In this document: positions 26,116-41,169 of the stretch, piece by piece | Layout of the letters: the number at the start of each line of letters is the position of its first letter | Numbering within the stretch: position 1 is the first letter of the stretch | Made by a program: the position numbers and the translations under genes | The notes under the pieces: generated by a model | Database searches by the model: none | Told to the model about the DNA's origin: nothing | What the model saw: the letters and a program-made list of their open reading frames with translations, nothing else | Origin: Octopus sinensis | Taxonomy: Eukaryota | Assembly (NCBI RefSeq): GCF_006345805.1 | Contig: NC_043011.1 | Coordinates: forward strand, 4,588,001 to 4,652,000 | Reading direction: 5' to 3' | Length of the DNA stretch: 64,000 nt

Positions 26116-26595
26116 CTGCTTCTTCTTCTTCTTCTTCTTCTTCTTTTTCTTCTTCTTCTTCTTCTTCTTCTTCTTCTTCTTCTCCTCCTCTTCTTCTTCT
26201 CCTCCTCCTCTTCTTCTTCTTCTCCTCCTCTTCTTCTTCTTCTCCTCCTCCTCTTCTTCTTCTTCTTCTCCTCCTCTTCTTCTTCTTCTTCTCCTCCTCC
26301 TTCTTCTTTTTCTTACTACTACTACTACTCCTACTCCTACTACTACTACTACTAGTGCTACTACTACAACTATCGCCGCCGCCACCACCACCGCCACCAC
26401 CACCACCACCACGACCACCACCAAAAACCACCACCACCATTCTCGTTACTTTTTCTTTTTGTTGTTGTAGTTAATTTGTTTATTTATTCTCCAGTGAAAA
26501 GAAACAGATTTGCCAAGGTTTAAAAATATAATCATTTTTCTTTTCGCTGTGTTTCAATCCAATTTATTTTATTTCCATGTTAATGTGGGGGGGGG

Positions 26596-26632
<37 letters not shown>

Positions 26633-27810
26633 CGGATGTACAAGTGGTGGGTGGTGGTGGTACTGGTGTTGTTGTTGTTGTTGGTGGTGGTGGTGTTGGT
26701 GTTGGTGATAGGGTGTTTATTAACGGATGTTGAAGAAGGTTGCTGAGTGACGACTGTTTCTGCCAACGATGAGGATGCTGTTTGCCGTTACGTTGTTGTT
26801 GTTATTGTTGTTGTTGTTGTTATTGTTGTTATTGTTGTTGTTGTTGTTATTGTTGTTGTTGTTTTTGTTGTTCTTGTTGCTGCTGCATTTGCTGTTGTTG
26901 TTAACGTTGTTGGTTCTTCTGGTGGTTATGCCAACGACGGTGACAATGATGATCATTTAGTATGACGATGGTAGTGGTGGTGGTGGTTTTGGGGTAGGCG
27001 CTGGTGGCAATAATGATGGTGGTGTTGATAGTGATGGTGATGGTGGCGGTGGTGGTGGTGGTGGTGGTGGTGGTGGTGGTGGTGATGGTGATGGTGGTGG
27101 TGATGGTGGTGGTGATGGTGGTGATGGTGATGGTAGTGGTTGCAATCAAGGTGATCGTGATGGTGTTGGTGGTGGTGGTTGTGGTAGTGGTGGTGGCGAT
27201 TGTCGTGGTGGTTCCGGCAGTGGTAGTAGCTGTGATATGGTCGTATTGATGATGGTGCTGATGGTGACAGTCGTGTTTGTGGTAATGGTGTCAGTGATGG
27301 TGTTGTCAGTGGTGGTGATGGTCGTGTTGATGGATATCATGAGGATGATGGTGGTGATGGTCTTGGCGGTGGTGGTGTCGGCAGTGGCAATGGTGTTGGA
27401 GGTTTGGTGCTGGTGATGATGGTTGTTGTTGATGCAGGTAGACCTTTACATCAATTAAGTTTTTCCCCGCACGATGCTGGATAACCTAAGTGCATATCGT
27501 TATTTGTTGCTGTTGTTATTGCTAATGATCATGGTGAATATAGTGAAGACGAGGGTGAGAAGGGGTGGGGAAGGAGGAGGAGGAGGAGCTGAAAGAGGAG
27601 CCTAATCGAGGTAGCGGCAGTGGTGGTGTTGAGGGTAGAGTAGGGTGGACGAAGAGGACCACAATGACGATGATGATGAGGATGAGGAGAAGCAGGAGAA
27701 GGGGTGGTGGTGATGACGACGACGACGACGTCGATGATGATGATGATGATGACGATGGTGGTAGCGATGACGATGATGATGATGATCAGAACGGTGAAGT
27801 ATGATGATAA
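26116..27810. repeat. Trinucleotide low-complexity block (CTT, CTA, CCA, GTT, GGT, GAT)
   Basis: Direct reading. Confidence 0.9.
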
Positions 27811-28727
27811 AAGCCATGATAAATATGATTACGTTATTTACTCCGTTCTTATTCTTGAATCTACTCCAGACGATCTTTAAGTATGACGCTAGACCCACCC
27901 CTTTCTCGCCACTCCCTAAGCACTCTCCGAGGCCCTTATATGGCATTTAGACGGTAATAACTCTAAGAAGTTTCATACTTAAACTTTAACAGTTTTTGTC
28001 TCCTCTCTCGCTGTCCCATTTTTTCACAAATTGAATTTGCAGAACATGTGTTACGTGTTGATTTCCTTTTGTCTGAGAACGGGAACTTCTCGAGATTACT
28101 ACACCTCAATCATTTGGTAACATAGAGTATGGAAAGGGTGAGTTTCCCTACCTTGCGTGTATGGAGTAGCATCGATACAGGCGTCGAAAAAATGGGTGGA
28201 TGAGTAGACGTAGTGAATTTTGTGGAGTTGAGAAATCTGTTCTTCAGTATGGCCTACAAATGAATTAAAGCAATCAGGATAAAAGTAAAAATGAGCTCAA
28301 ATCGTCGTCGTCATCGTCATCGTTATTATCATCATCATCAGCAGCAGTATGATCATTATGATGATGATTATCATCATCATCATCATCGGCCTATGTAATC
28401 GGGGTCAAAAACGAATGAGCTCAAAACATTGTCGTCGTTGCAGAAGTCGTCATCATCGTTGTCATCGCCGTCATCGTAGACATCCTCCTCCTCCTCATCA
28501 TAATCATCATCACCATCACCATCACCATCATCATCATCATCATCGTCATCATCGTCATCGTCATCATCATCATCATCGTCAACATCAACAGGTGGAATTT
28601 GCCAACGTCATCAGGTTCCGTGGTCCTCCACACGTCTCTATTGCATGTGTGGCAGTTCCTTCTTGTGACATCCAGTGCCTTTTTTGTTAACGTACCCATG
28701 ACAGTCTTCGCTGAGTGGCCGATGCTA

Positions 28728-28963
28728 TTGGGTTGTCCGGAAAGTTCGTGCCGATTTTTAAAGGAAAGAAAAAGGTCAATAAATACTTGTTATTACATTT
28801 TTAATCAACCAAATATGAACCATTTTGTCGCACAATGCGTATCAATCTTTCCTATTTTATGGACTCAACCATGTCAAATCTTATTTTATAATCTCAACTA
28901 TGTTCTAAAATAAGACGAAAGGTAAGCTACTATAAATCGGCACGAACTTTCTGGACAACCCAA
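28728..28963. mobile_element. Mariner-type MITE
   Basis: TIRs ttgggttgtccggaaagttcgtgccgattt / aaatcggcacgaactttctggacaacccaa; TA on both flanks. Confidence 0.9.
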
Positions 28964-30379
28964 TATTGCAACCAGAGAAGATGTAATTACGGCACCAAAT
29001 AAAAGAATATATTCTACAGCAGCAATCCTTAACCTCTTTTTGCGCTACGGACCAGTTTTATGCAAGACAGGTTTTCCACGCACCCGGTGTTCAGCGCATA
29101 GTAAAAGAAAAAAAAATATCAGTGCATGAAAAACTGTTTTTCTTTTCAAGAAAATACTGTGATTTAGACAAGTGCATGAAAGAGGCACCGGTGAGAATGA
29201 TAATGTTTCGAAATAAAACACTCTGTAGGCTTTGATAATCAACAAAAATAGAAATAAAAATTTGAACATTTATTCTAGCTGTGCAGCCCGTACCAAATGA
29301 TGCAGGGCGCGGTCCTGGTCGCGGTCCATTAGTTGGAGACCTCTGCTCTACAAGATGCATTCAATCCGTAAGTGCGGGAACGAAATTTGCTTAGGGAGGA
29401 CAAAGGAGGGTAAAGTCATATCCAAACAATAATTCTTGTATTTGTACACCAATCAAATCAGATAAATTCAATAATGGAAAAGTAATGTTTCAAATCAGTC
29501 CCAAAAATGTTTCTAAGCGCGTTCGTTGTGGGAATGAAGTTTTTCAGGAGGATGTCCAAAGCATTTTCACTGCCCAACAAAAATTTCAGCGAGTGCACTT
29601 GCACCCGCTGCATCTCCTGCTCCTCCTGAGCCTATCATTCAATCCAACTTTTCTTTTAGATTCTAAATCCCAACACAGAAACACGTATCGTTGCTTTTCT
29701 TTTTCCCATTTTTTTGTTGTTGTTGCCACCCCGGTTTCAGCCACTCGGCTCTGGCCAAACTGGAGCATCTACGTACATGTCTATGTTACTATGTATCTAT
29801 GAGTGGTAGTCCACGTATAAGTACACGCACATATGTATGAGAGACAGAGAAGAGAATGTCTGGCTTCGTCTGTGTGTATTTAGCATTGAATACACCTTTA
29901 TCCAACTTAAACGATCCCTCTTTATCGTCTTAACATATTAACGGCAGATTATTACTGCTAAGGTTGTTAATAATAATAACGGTATTTAGTGAAACTTTCA
30001 TTTGATTCGTGACATCTTTCCAATTTCTTTCTAAATTTAATGATGTCAGGCGTTCAATTTTTCTTTTCATTTCTTTCCTCTTTTCGTTGGTGCTTCCTCC
30101 TCATTCTACACCGAACCATTGTGTTGTTCTTGAGACTTGTAATAATCATAAGGTTGTTATTGTTTCTGTGTTTAGCAAATGTTTGTCTTAATTTCGAATT
30201 AAGTGTTTTCTTGTGAGTGTGTGTGTATGCGTGTGACAGTGTGCACACGTGCACATATGAATGCCAGCATGTGTGTCTGTGTGTTTGTGTCTGTGTGTTT
30301 GTGTGTGCGTGTGTGTGTGTGTGCGTATGGGAAAACATTTACTCTGTGACGTTTACATAAACAAAAGTTTTTTTAATGT

Positions 30380-30514
30380 GCGTTCAATGTATAGATATAC
30401 ATACATCTAAATGTATATATGTATATATGTATGAATATACACACCCACATATGCATATATATATATGCATAATTACATATTTGTATATATGTGCATATAT
30501 ATATATTTATATAG

Positions 30515-30595
<81 letters not shown>

Positions 30596-30596
30596 G

Positions 30597-30628
<32 letters not shown>

Positions 30629-30665
30629 TGTATATATTATATATATTATATATATATATATATGT

Positions 30666-30708
<43 letters not shown>

Positions 30709-30725
30709 TATATATATATATATAG

Positions 30726-30761
<36 letters not shown>

Positions 30762-30880
30762 ATATAATATATATATATGTACGTGTGTATATACACACAC
30801 ATATATATACAGAAAGAAACATTTATATATACATACATACATACACACACACACATACATACATATGTACATACACACAC

Positions 30881-30913
<33 letters not shown>

Positions 30914-30950
30914 ATATATATATGTATTTGCTTGCATGTATATATAATTT
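30380..30950. repeat. Long interrupted (TA)n
   Basis: Direct reading. Confidence 0.9.
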
Positions 30951-31363
30951 TATATAAGCTTTCTTTAGTTGATGTAAACATATCTTGAGCATGTCCAATC
31001 ATAGCATGGAAGTTGGTCTATGTTTATTGTTTTTATGTTATTTTTGTCTTCCTTCTAATTGGCTATTATACGGAGAACGGTGTTTCGGAGAATGGCATCA
31101 ATAGAAGGATTTTAATGCAAGTACCATGTGTTGTTTCTGTTTGTTAATGTATGGGGGTTTATTTTGATATTAAGATAGACTCCATGCCCAGTTGACGTTC
31201 TTTTTCTACTGGAATTTTAGATATAATATATATTATTATTAGGAGAACACACACACACACCCATACACACACACACGCACACATATGCGTGTGTCTGTGA
31301 GTGCCTTTGTCTGTGTGTGTGTGCATGGATGTGTGCATATGTGAGTATATAAATATCTATTTC

Positions 31364-31458
<95 letters not shown>

Positions 31459-31606
31459 TGTGCATGTGTATACACACACATATATTGCATATATATGTAT
31501 ATAGGTATGTACATATGTATATATGCATGTGTATCTTGCTTGAATATTTTGTCTGAATTCTATGTTGTCTTTAACGAATAAAGTGACGCTATATACACAC
31601 GCACAA

Positions 31607-31650
<44 letters not shown>

Positions 31651-32369
31651 GTATATACATGTATATACATGCATGTATTATATATGTGTGTGTATAGATA
31701 TATATAAATATATGCATATATATATGTATATATATGTGTATGTATATATATATATATATATATATATACTGTAAAGCATTGTTACATTACGGAACAAGAT
31801 GGTGCTTGTCTGACCCAGTCTAAAAATTTATGTCATGAAGGATACAATTTTCATGTTTACATTACTTCGTGAAATATTACATCACCCAACATCGTGTAGT
31901 TATACGATTTATTGTTATTCTTTTGTTGCAGTCTGTTTTGATATTGCTTTTTACCTTTGTGTTAACTGTTCATTTGTACTGAGTCCATTGTCTCGGCATC
32001 GGACATCTGAATAATCGTTTATATAAGAACCCTATTGCTTGTAGGCCGTGGAATCAGCCGTTCTCTTGCTTTGCTTTGCTTAGCAAACAGCTTGAGTATG
32101 TCGCATAATATCAGAACTGCCATTACATTTCTACGCCAACTTTTGCATATATGTATACATGCTCACACCTACACACGCATATATATATATATATGTGTGT
32201 GTGTGTGTATTTGTATATATACATATGTGTGTGAGTGTGTGCTTGTGTTTGTAAGAATGTGTGTATGTGTATATATATATATAAATGTATATATGTGTAT
32301 AAATGTATATATATATGTATACATACATACATACATACATATATATATATTTTTTTTTACGACCAGGCT

Positions 32370-32628
32370 ATCAGATGTTGCTACGCATCGCTGGTCACAA
32401 TGCGCTTCGCATTATTTTAGCCTTCAAATGACGCCAACAGAAGAAAGAGTGAGAGAAAGTTGTGGCGAAAGAGTACAGCAGGGATCGCCACACCCCCCTG
32501 CCGGAGCCGCGTGGACCTTTAGGTGTTTTCGCTCAATAAACACTCACAACGCCCGGTTTGGGAATCGAAACTGCGATCCTCCAACCACGAGTCCGCTGCC
32601 CTAACCACTGGGCCATTGCGCCTCCACT
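32370..32628 (-). mobile_element. SINE-C 5' part
   Basis: Homologous to 43950-44130. Confidence 0.75.
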
Positions 32629-34435
32629 CATACATATATACACACTCTCTCACAATGATAAAAAGAAATATAATTTATGGTCTACCTCCCCGCCACCACA
32701 CACTCAATAACACTATGAAATGGTCAAAACTGAAATTCTTTTTCCCCAAGATCTTAGACTCCCCTTGGAATAAGCATCCTGTCCAGCAGACCCCAAAAAA
32801 CTCTTTTCTTCTTCTTCCCTCTCCCTTCCCCTCTGTTTCTTTAGCACTCATTCCAAATACAAAAACACACACACACGCTCGCGCGCGCACACACACACAT
32901 ACACACATGCTCTCTCTCTCACTTTCTCCTCATCCATCACCCTCTTGTACTGTCTTATATTCCTCCCCACCACCACAAACTCAATACCACTATAAAATGG
33001 TCAAAACTTTTCACACAGGAACTTACTTTGATTTGAAACCACCACTAGAATGGGAGAAAGTGTTAATACATGATCTAAGTTATATGATGTATAAAAACAT
33101 GTAATATACAAATAAATATCTGTAAATATAAAACCATCCGATTTTCTGAGTACCTCATTTCTTCTAATATATATCTCTTATTATAAAAGGCAGATTTTAT
33201 CTGCCTCCCTTTGACAGTTATAGAAATCTACAATATAGGATTTCTTCAATTACAATTTACCTAGCATTTTTAAGAGTAGAATGCATCGGGTCATGCCAGG
33301 TCCAGTTTTTAAAATTTCAACCCCAATTGAGCAAAATTTACAGAAAACTCACATTGTGGTGTATGAGTCAAATGCTTCTCTTAATGTGGGCTACAGCACT
33401 CGCACACACACACACACAAAAAGGGACCGATCTCATTCACTCACGCTGTCACTCATTTCTGCGACTTTCTCTTTGCAAGTTTGCAGCGATTAAAGTGAAA
33501 CTAATTCAATAAAACGAGAGAAGTGTACCTTAAACCACTACTAAAAAAAAAAACAGCAAACAGAAAAAAAACAATAATACATAACGATTTACTCCTCACA
33601 CAATTTCTTCAATTAGAGTGTACCCATGATTTTTCAGAGTACTTCCAGTGGGTGATGCCATAAAAAATTCTTTCAATTTTACCACCAATAAGACAAAATT
33701 CGAGAAAACTCAATATTTTAACATTTCACTCCGAAAGCATTGATGTACATGTGTGCGTGCGTGAGTGTGTGTGTGTGTCATTCCTCACACACACGCATAC
33801 ACATACATATATGAGAGTGGCAAACACAAACGTTTCAAACAACTACATACAAACACGTGGTGTTTGTTATTAGTAAAAAAGGCGCCAAAACACAATCACT
33901 TATCATTCCAACACATTTGCAAAGACACACGGACGGGGAATTGCTATAACAATACAATAGAAAAGGTTAAATTGGTTTTTATTTTACTCTGTATATTTTT
34001 TATTATATAATATTATATATAGATATATGTATATATAATTGCAGTATGAAACAGTGTTTATGTATAAACAGACGACACTTATATATAGTTATTAATAAAT
34101 GTATGCATCCGTTTAACCCTTTCGTTACCAAAACGCCCGAATTTACCTATTCATATTTAAATGAGAATATCAGAGTAAATCTCTTTAGTACATTCGTGAA
34201 AACACGTATTATACTTCGTAAACACTTCAACTACAGTTTTGTACAAAAATCGAAGTGTAATTTAATTCCGTGAATTATGGGAGATTTTTTTCCGAATTTG
34301 TTCCTATTGTGTTTTCAAAATTGTAATTCTGACAAAAAATGGATACGAATTTCATTATATCAAGCAGCGAGTCAGAATTCGAAGGATTTTCTACTGAAGA
34401 CCTTCATAAATCTAACTCTATGACTGAAAAAAAGC

Positions 34436-34817
34436 ATTTATATAAGAGTGAAGTTGTGTGTCTGTCTCCTACGATTTAGATTCGTAAACTACTCCCACAT
34501 TTTGCGGTGCAGTTTAACCAAAAGCGGGTATCTTATAGTCGTGATTCATATCGAGCCCTTCTGGGTATTAGCGCGCGTCTACGATGAGTCTACGATTTAA
34601 AAAAAATTTACCATCATATTTTTCCATTTTAAGCATTTTTCGTTTTATATAGAAGTAACTCTCTAAAAATATCTACGATGTCAACGATTTAAAAAAATTT
34701 ACCTAATTTTTTTCAATTTTTAATGCATTTTTTTGCTATTTTTGGGCTATAACTCTCTAAAAATGCTTATATAGCTATTTCCCTTACAACCCGAGCAACG
34801 CCGGGCGATACTGCTAG
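34436..34817 (+). mobile_element. Non-autonomous Helitron, second copy
   Basis: Homolog of 17971-18349 with the same hairpin and CTAG|T end. Confidence 0.85.
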
Positions 34818-35199
34818 TATATATATATATATATATATATACATATGTGTGTGTGTGTGTGTGTGTGTGTTGTGTGTATCGATAAAAACGGAATTATTTA
34901 GAAATTTCTGTCGGCTTACTTCGAGACGCGTGTTTATAGTGATAAATTATATGGTTATTGCCAATTTGTCTATTTTCGGCATATTTCGCATATTTCGGCA
35001 TATTTCTCCACGATTGACGGCGAATCAAACAGCCAATGCTATTAGCATGAGAGAGTTGAGAATGCTCTGCGCAATGAATTTGGCATGTCGAGCGTTTCTG
35101 CTCGCTGGGTGCTACGTCCTGTAACACTTAATCAAAAGCGTATCAGGCAGATCACATCACAGGAAAGTCTGACATTGTTTGAGCCAGGGTAAACGTTGA

Positions 35200-35829
35200 C
35201 ATCATCATTTTGAGCCAGAGACAAAGCGACGATCCATGCAGTGGAAACACTCCGCCTCATTTGCTCCAAAGAAGGCTAAGGTTGTTTCATTTGCAGGGAA
35301 GATGATGGCCTCAGTTTTGGGAGAGATGCAAAAGTATTGTGTTTACTGACTATCTTCAAAAGGGCCACACCATCGATGTGTACTGTGCCAACTTGCTGAG
35401 GCAATTATGAAAAGCTATCAAGACCGAATGCCTAGGAAAACTGACATAAGAGGGGTTTGTTTCATCAAGATAATGCTCCAGCACACAAGTCCTTGCTTTC
35501 AGTGACTGTTCTGTGCGACAGCAGCCTGTGGCTTCAAACTGGTTGATATCCTCCCTATTTTTCTGATTTAGCCCTCATCTAATTATTACCTGTTCCCCAA
35601 TAAAAAAAAAAAAGGAACACTTGCATGAGAACCTAAATTGCAGTGATGAAGACGTCCTATCTGACGTTCATGACGTTTTTGAGCAACAGGCTGAAAGTTT
35701 CTTCATCAAAGGGGTGGAAGAAGTGTGTGGACTGCACTCCAAGGGGAACTATGTTGAAAAATAAACCTCGTTTGGTAACTCTCCATGAGAGTATCTTGGA
35801 CAGCCTGTGAACTTTTCAGCCCACCCTCA
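35200..35829 (+). mobile_element. Mariner transposase 3' half, decayed
   Basis: EPETKR.SMQWKH, GK.MASV, DYLQKG, HQDNAPAHKS, YVEK stop, followed by a TIR-like gaacttttcagcccaccctca-TA. Confidence 0.8.
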
Positions 35830-35833
35830 TATG

Positions 35834-35865
<32 letters not shown>

Positions 35866-36091
35866 TGCGCTCAGTAAAGATTTCTTCCATTTTACCTGGG
35901 TGTTAAACTCAGACGTGGATTAATTTAACTAATACATGTATATATATATGTATGTATGTATGTATATATGTATGTATGCATGCATGTATGTATGTATGTA
36001 TTTATGTATGTATGTATGTATATATATATATGTATATATATTATCTATCTATCTATCTATATCTACATATATATACATATACTTATATATA

Positions 36092-36179
<88 letters not shown>

Positions 36180-36187
36180 ATCGATAT

Positions 36188-36500
36188 AGGCGCAGGCGTG
36201 GGTTTGTGGTATGAATCTTGCTTCCCAACCAAATGGTTCCGAGGGCTGACCACAGTCTTGTGAATGGATTTGGTCTATATGTGTGTGTGTGTGTCTTTGT
36301 GTCAGCGTTTGTCCCCCACCATCACTTGACAACCAATGTTGGTGTGTTTACGTCCCCGTAACTTAGCGGTTCAACTAAAGTACCGATAGAATAAGTTCCC
36401 GGATCAATTTATTCGACTGAAAGAAAGAAAGCCCCTTTAAGGTAGTGCTTCAGCATGGTCGCAGTCAAATGACTGAAGTAAAAAAAAAATGAAAGAATAA
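36188..36500 (+). mobile_element. SINE-B, internally deleted
   Basis: Head aggcgcaggcgtgg and tail gtgcttcagcatggtcgcagtcaaatgactgaa. Confidence 0.75.
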
Positions 36501-36517
36501 AAGAATATCTACACACA

Positions 36518-36563
<46 letters not shown>

Positions 36564-36624
36564 ACACACACTCAAACACACACACACACTCAAACACACA
36601 CACACACACGCACTCACACACACT

Positions 36625-36668
<44 letters not shown>

Positions 36669-36986
36669 ACACACACACACACAACACACACACACACACA
36701 CACACACACAACACACTCAAAGACACAGGCTCATATGTATATGAACGAAAATACAGACCTGCATACATATATACATACATCCTGTGAGCGGAACTGTGAA
36801 AATATGCAAAATGTTTTTAAAGTTCAACATGGAACACTGAATAGTTTTTTGTTATCCAAATTCCAGTGACGGAGCATTGTTTCTTTGTTGCGAAAGTATC
36901 TCCTTAGATGAAGAATTCAAATAATTGAAAAAAAAGGGATGAAGCTTAACCTACTGACATGCTTACATACACACATGTATGCATAC

Positions 36987-37030
<44 letters not shown>

Positions 37031-37191
37031 ACTTTTGTGCGTGTATGTATAGGTGTGAGTGCATGCATGTGTGAGTGCGCGTGTGCGTGCGCGCACGTAT
37101 ATGTGTGTACATATAAATATATATACACGCATATACATACATGTACACTCACATACATATATATGAGTAAATATTTTCTATATTGTTTTTC

Positions 37192-37222
<31 letters not shown>

Positions 37223-37315
37223 AACATATATATATATATAAACATATATGTATACATGTATATATATATCTACAAACATATATATTTACATATAAACATA
37301 TCTATATACATATAC

Positions 37316-37351
<36 letters not shown>

Positions 37352-37679
37352 ATTTCAGCAAAATATAATCGGCAATGTGTACTCTTATACAAAGTCAAGC
37401 ATCCACCATGAAAGCAATTCTCTCTATCTTGAGTCAGAGATAGAGAAAACAATCGCAAGTTGCTGGATTAAGAGACTTAATCCTGATTTTACAGTCACCC
37501 AGTTGTTGATCTCTTTAGCGGAATCCACTCTGGCTCATGTAATTTATCAGGTCATCTGGCGGAGGTCATCTTCCTCCAACTTATCTTGGAGTCCATGAAA
37601 AAAGGTTACAGACGTGGTTATTCGGCCTCTGAATATTCAGCCTCTGTCAAGCAAAATGTTTCTAAAGGGGTAGACATAG

Positions 37680-37812
37680 TTGCGTAGGTAAAATGCTTGC
37701 TTTGTAACAAAGTGGTTTCGGGTTCAGTCCCACTGCGCGGCACCTTGGGCAGATGCCGTGTACTGCAACACCCAGGCCAACCAATGCCAAACGGAAACTG
37801 TTTCGAAGTCGG

Positions 37813-37875
<63 letters not shown>

Positions 37876-38070
37876 TGTGTGTGGGTGGGTTTGTGCTTTC
37901 CCTTCTTCAGCCGCTTGACAACTGACGTTGGTTTGCTTACATCCCCGTAAATTAGCGGTTCGGCAAAAGATCCCGATGGAATAAGAACCAGACTTAGAAT
38001 TAAATAATGGGATCGATTTGTTGTACCAAGGACGACTGTAATCCAATGATTAAAACAAGAAAAAGGTAAA
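37680..38070 (+). mobile_element. SINE-B, diverged
   Basis: gggttcagtcccactgcgcggcaccttgggcag, (TG)n core, cttagcggttcggcaaaag. Confidence 0.75.
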
Positions 38071-38149
38071 AGAAACAATAGTTACAGTTATCTTGGTTAC
38101 AAAGCAAAACAGAAGGATCCGAAGAAACTAGCGATTGTCTTTGTCGACA

Positions 38150-38720
38150 ATAAAACTGTATAAACTGTTCAAAATTTGGATGATTTGGTTCGCTGCACGG
38201 AAGAAAACCAAGGGGATAACGAAACGTTTCGAGCAGTACATTATACCTGAGAGTGCGTTTCCCAATGGTATTTTCTAATTGGTAATGTTGATTTCCGGCA
38301 AAGAATTCTGGCAAAAATTTTAGAAGTTTCCTCTTCGTCACTGGTAAATAATTTATTCCACCTTGATCCATTTATTCTCTCTGGGTTTAGGAGCAACATA
38401 GTATCCACGGAGATAGATGTTAGGATGCATGTCAGCAATAGTAGTGGTATTTTATCAAAACTTGATGTAGAAAACGTCTTTACAAAAACCCCATGTTTCT
38501 TCCTAGAATTATTGATACAATACCAACTAACATATAAAGAATTATGTAAGTTGGCAATATTTCCAACTTTCGTAATTCCAGAGGGTCTACTTAAGAAGCT
38601 ACTACTAATCTGCATCGCTAAAGTATTTTCCCGTTCTTAGGAGAGAAATTTTGAAAACATTTCGGTGAAGTTGTAATGGATGTCCCAATAGGTTTCGATA
38701 TTGTATATTCGAGTTATTTT
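38150..38720 (+). pseudogene. Degraded Penelope-like RT fragment
   Basis: LDVENVFTKTP and IPEGLLKKLLLICI resemble the PLE RT motifs SFDV.SLFT.VP and L..LL..C; many stops. Confidence 0.45.
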
Positions 38721-39559
38721 CAGGTAAAGAGAAATCTTTCAGTGTATAATTGATTGCTTACTATCGCTACGTGGTCTATATCTTGGCTGTTATAAACGCT
38801 TTTAACGATGCTAACTAGTTGAAATATGGTTTGGAAAATTCTCCTGCATTGCAGCGTATTAAAACGGCATTTCTTAGATATTAGGATGAAAACACAGTTA
38901 TTCTTACACTTTAACATAGAAACATAGTTATTCTAATATAGTTACCACAAATATAACACATCTGTTTACACTAAAGATAATAACAAATGTTTCTACATGA
39001 AGTCCCCGATAGCTGCCTAGATAAGTATATACCCATTCTCATTAAAGCGTTAGTTGTACAGATGCGTTTAAATTATCCAGCAGTAAAGAAGCATTCCATA
39101 ATGAATTTCGTATGAAAAGAGCAACCTTAAGTGATCATTGGATACTTTGAAAAAAATTAATGGGAAAATAAATCCAAATACTTAGAGTACATTAAAAAGT
39201 ATACAACGAATTGCTGTAGTACAATGTATACAAGTGAAATATAAAACATTTATTATCTAAACCAGATGCACTTTAAGTATAAAATAGATGAGCCCGTTCA
39301 TAAGGAAATGATAACAGAAGACAACGATACAGTTTCTCTTGTTATATACTGAAACAAACACATTGAAAAAAACACAATTATAGACAAAGGTCTGATATGA
39401 TATGTCGTCGCCTTTAAAGTGAACTTGATGGTTGTAAAGTTCATGACGAATTGCACATGCAAAGGTGTGTGGTTCAGAAGCGCTCTTTATAACCACGTGG
39501 TTCAGTCTCACTGCACGCACCTTAGGCAAGCATCTTCTACTATAGCCCCGCGCCGAAAT

Positions 39560-39745
39560 TTACAGAAAAAACAAAAAACGAAGACAGGTGTATAAACAAG
39601 AAGCAGATGTATTAGTTCGATGCTCGGGAAGTTGAGAAAGTCTTTTACGTTTCGAGCCTTCGCTCTTTAGCAGAAAGGAACACGAGGAAATAAACAGAGA
39701 GAGAATAAAAAAAACTTTTGGAGTTAACGGTCAACATACACACAC
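39560..39745 (-). mobile_element. Short PLE-type solo pLTR-like element with degenerate hammerhead-like motif (39641-39677)
   Basis: ttt-CTGCTAAA-gagc gaag gctc-GAAACGTA-aaaga, then ttcccgagc..taatac. Confidence 0.45.
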
Positions 39746-39749
39746 ATAT

Positions 39750-40115
39750 ATAATATATATATGTACATACGTATATACATACATACATACATGCATACAT
39801 ACATACATACATACATACATACATACATACATGCATGCATGCATACATGCATGCATGCATACATGCATGCGTACATACATACATACATACACACATGCAT
39901 ACATACATACATGCATACATACATACATGCATGCATACATACATACACACATGCATACATACATGCATGCATGCATACATACACACATGCATACATACAT
40001 ACACACATGCATACATACATACATACATACATACATGCATGCATGCATACATACATACATACATGCATACATACATACATACATACACACATGCATACAC
40101 ACATACATACATATA

Positions 40116-40147
<32 letters not shown>

Positions 40148-40180
40148 AACATACATGCAAACATACATATGTATATGTGA
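39750..40180. repeat. (TACA)/(TGCA)n compound microsatellite
   Basis: Direct reading. Confidence 0.9.
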
Positions 40181-40887
40181 GCAAATATATATTCAGGAAG
40201 TCGTTGGTATTCATATGTACTCTCACTAGGAAATGAAATTAAGCCACCTACTCCACGTCGCTTTTCCTGGCTTCTTGGCATGAGAATCGAACCAACACGT
40301 TTCTTTGTTCTCACAACTATTCAAAATACACTCTTTTCAATAAATAGCATACGGCCATTGCTGTTCGACCAACTCTCTTTCCTAAACTGCCGAACGTTAA
40401 TTGCAGTAAGCTATTTATTGAAAATGTGAACAAGACTGTGCCAGGGAGTCGAACTCATCTCTACAGCTGTTGAACTGCTTGTAACTCTGTGTCAGGGTTG
40501 CATATAGTATGTTTGAAGAAGCTATGTTGCCCTATTTGCTCTACCATCTCCGGTTCACAGGTGGTTAATGCATTTCCACTTTACTCAGTTTTTCATTCAC
40601 AGTAGTTCATAACTCTTCACTTGCCACCATTTTTATTATCATCGTGTGTCATAAGATATCGCTTCTTTCTTCCCACAAACTAGTTTTTACCTCACATGTT
40701 GTTGTGTCCGCCTCAAGGGAATGACACATTAACGCTTTTCTTTGATTTCAGGCAACTCAGAACTGAACTGGTGTTCTAATTTAAAGAAATCAAAAAAGAA
40801 ATCAGCATATTTTTGAAAATGAAAATATAAGAGCGCAGTCCTCTTTCATAAACATGTCTGTCTGTCTGTATGTATGTATACATATAT

Positions 40888-40938
<51 letters not shown>

Positions 40939-41169
40939 TATATATTATATATATATATTTATATTTATATTTATATATGTATATATATGTACATACACAT
41001 ATGGGCTGATGATTTTATAGTGATATCTTTCACAGGCACAAGCGTTGGTGTGCGGTTTAAACTTTCACTCTGTAACCACGCAATTCCGAGTTCAATCTCA
41101 GTGCACAGCACATTGAACATCTGTTTTCTATTTTAGACCCGGATTCACCCACGGTTTGTGAGTAAATCG

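Noticed and set aside
27934-27943. CArG box ccttatatgg
   Set aside because: A single 10-mer; a few are expected by chance in 64 kb of AT-rich DNA, and there is no supporting context.
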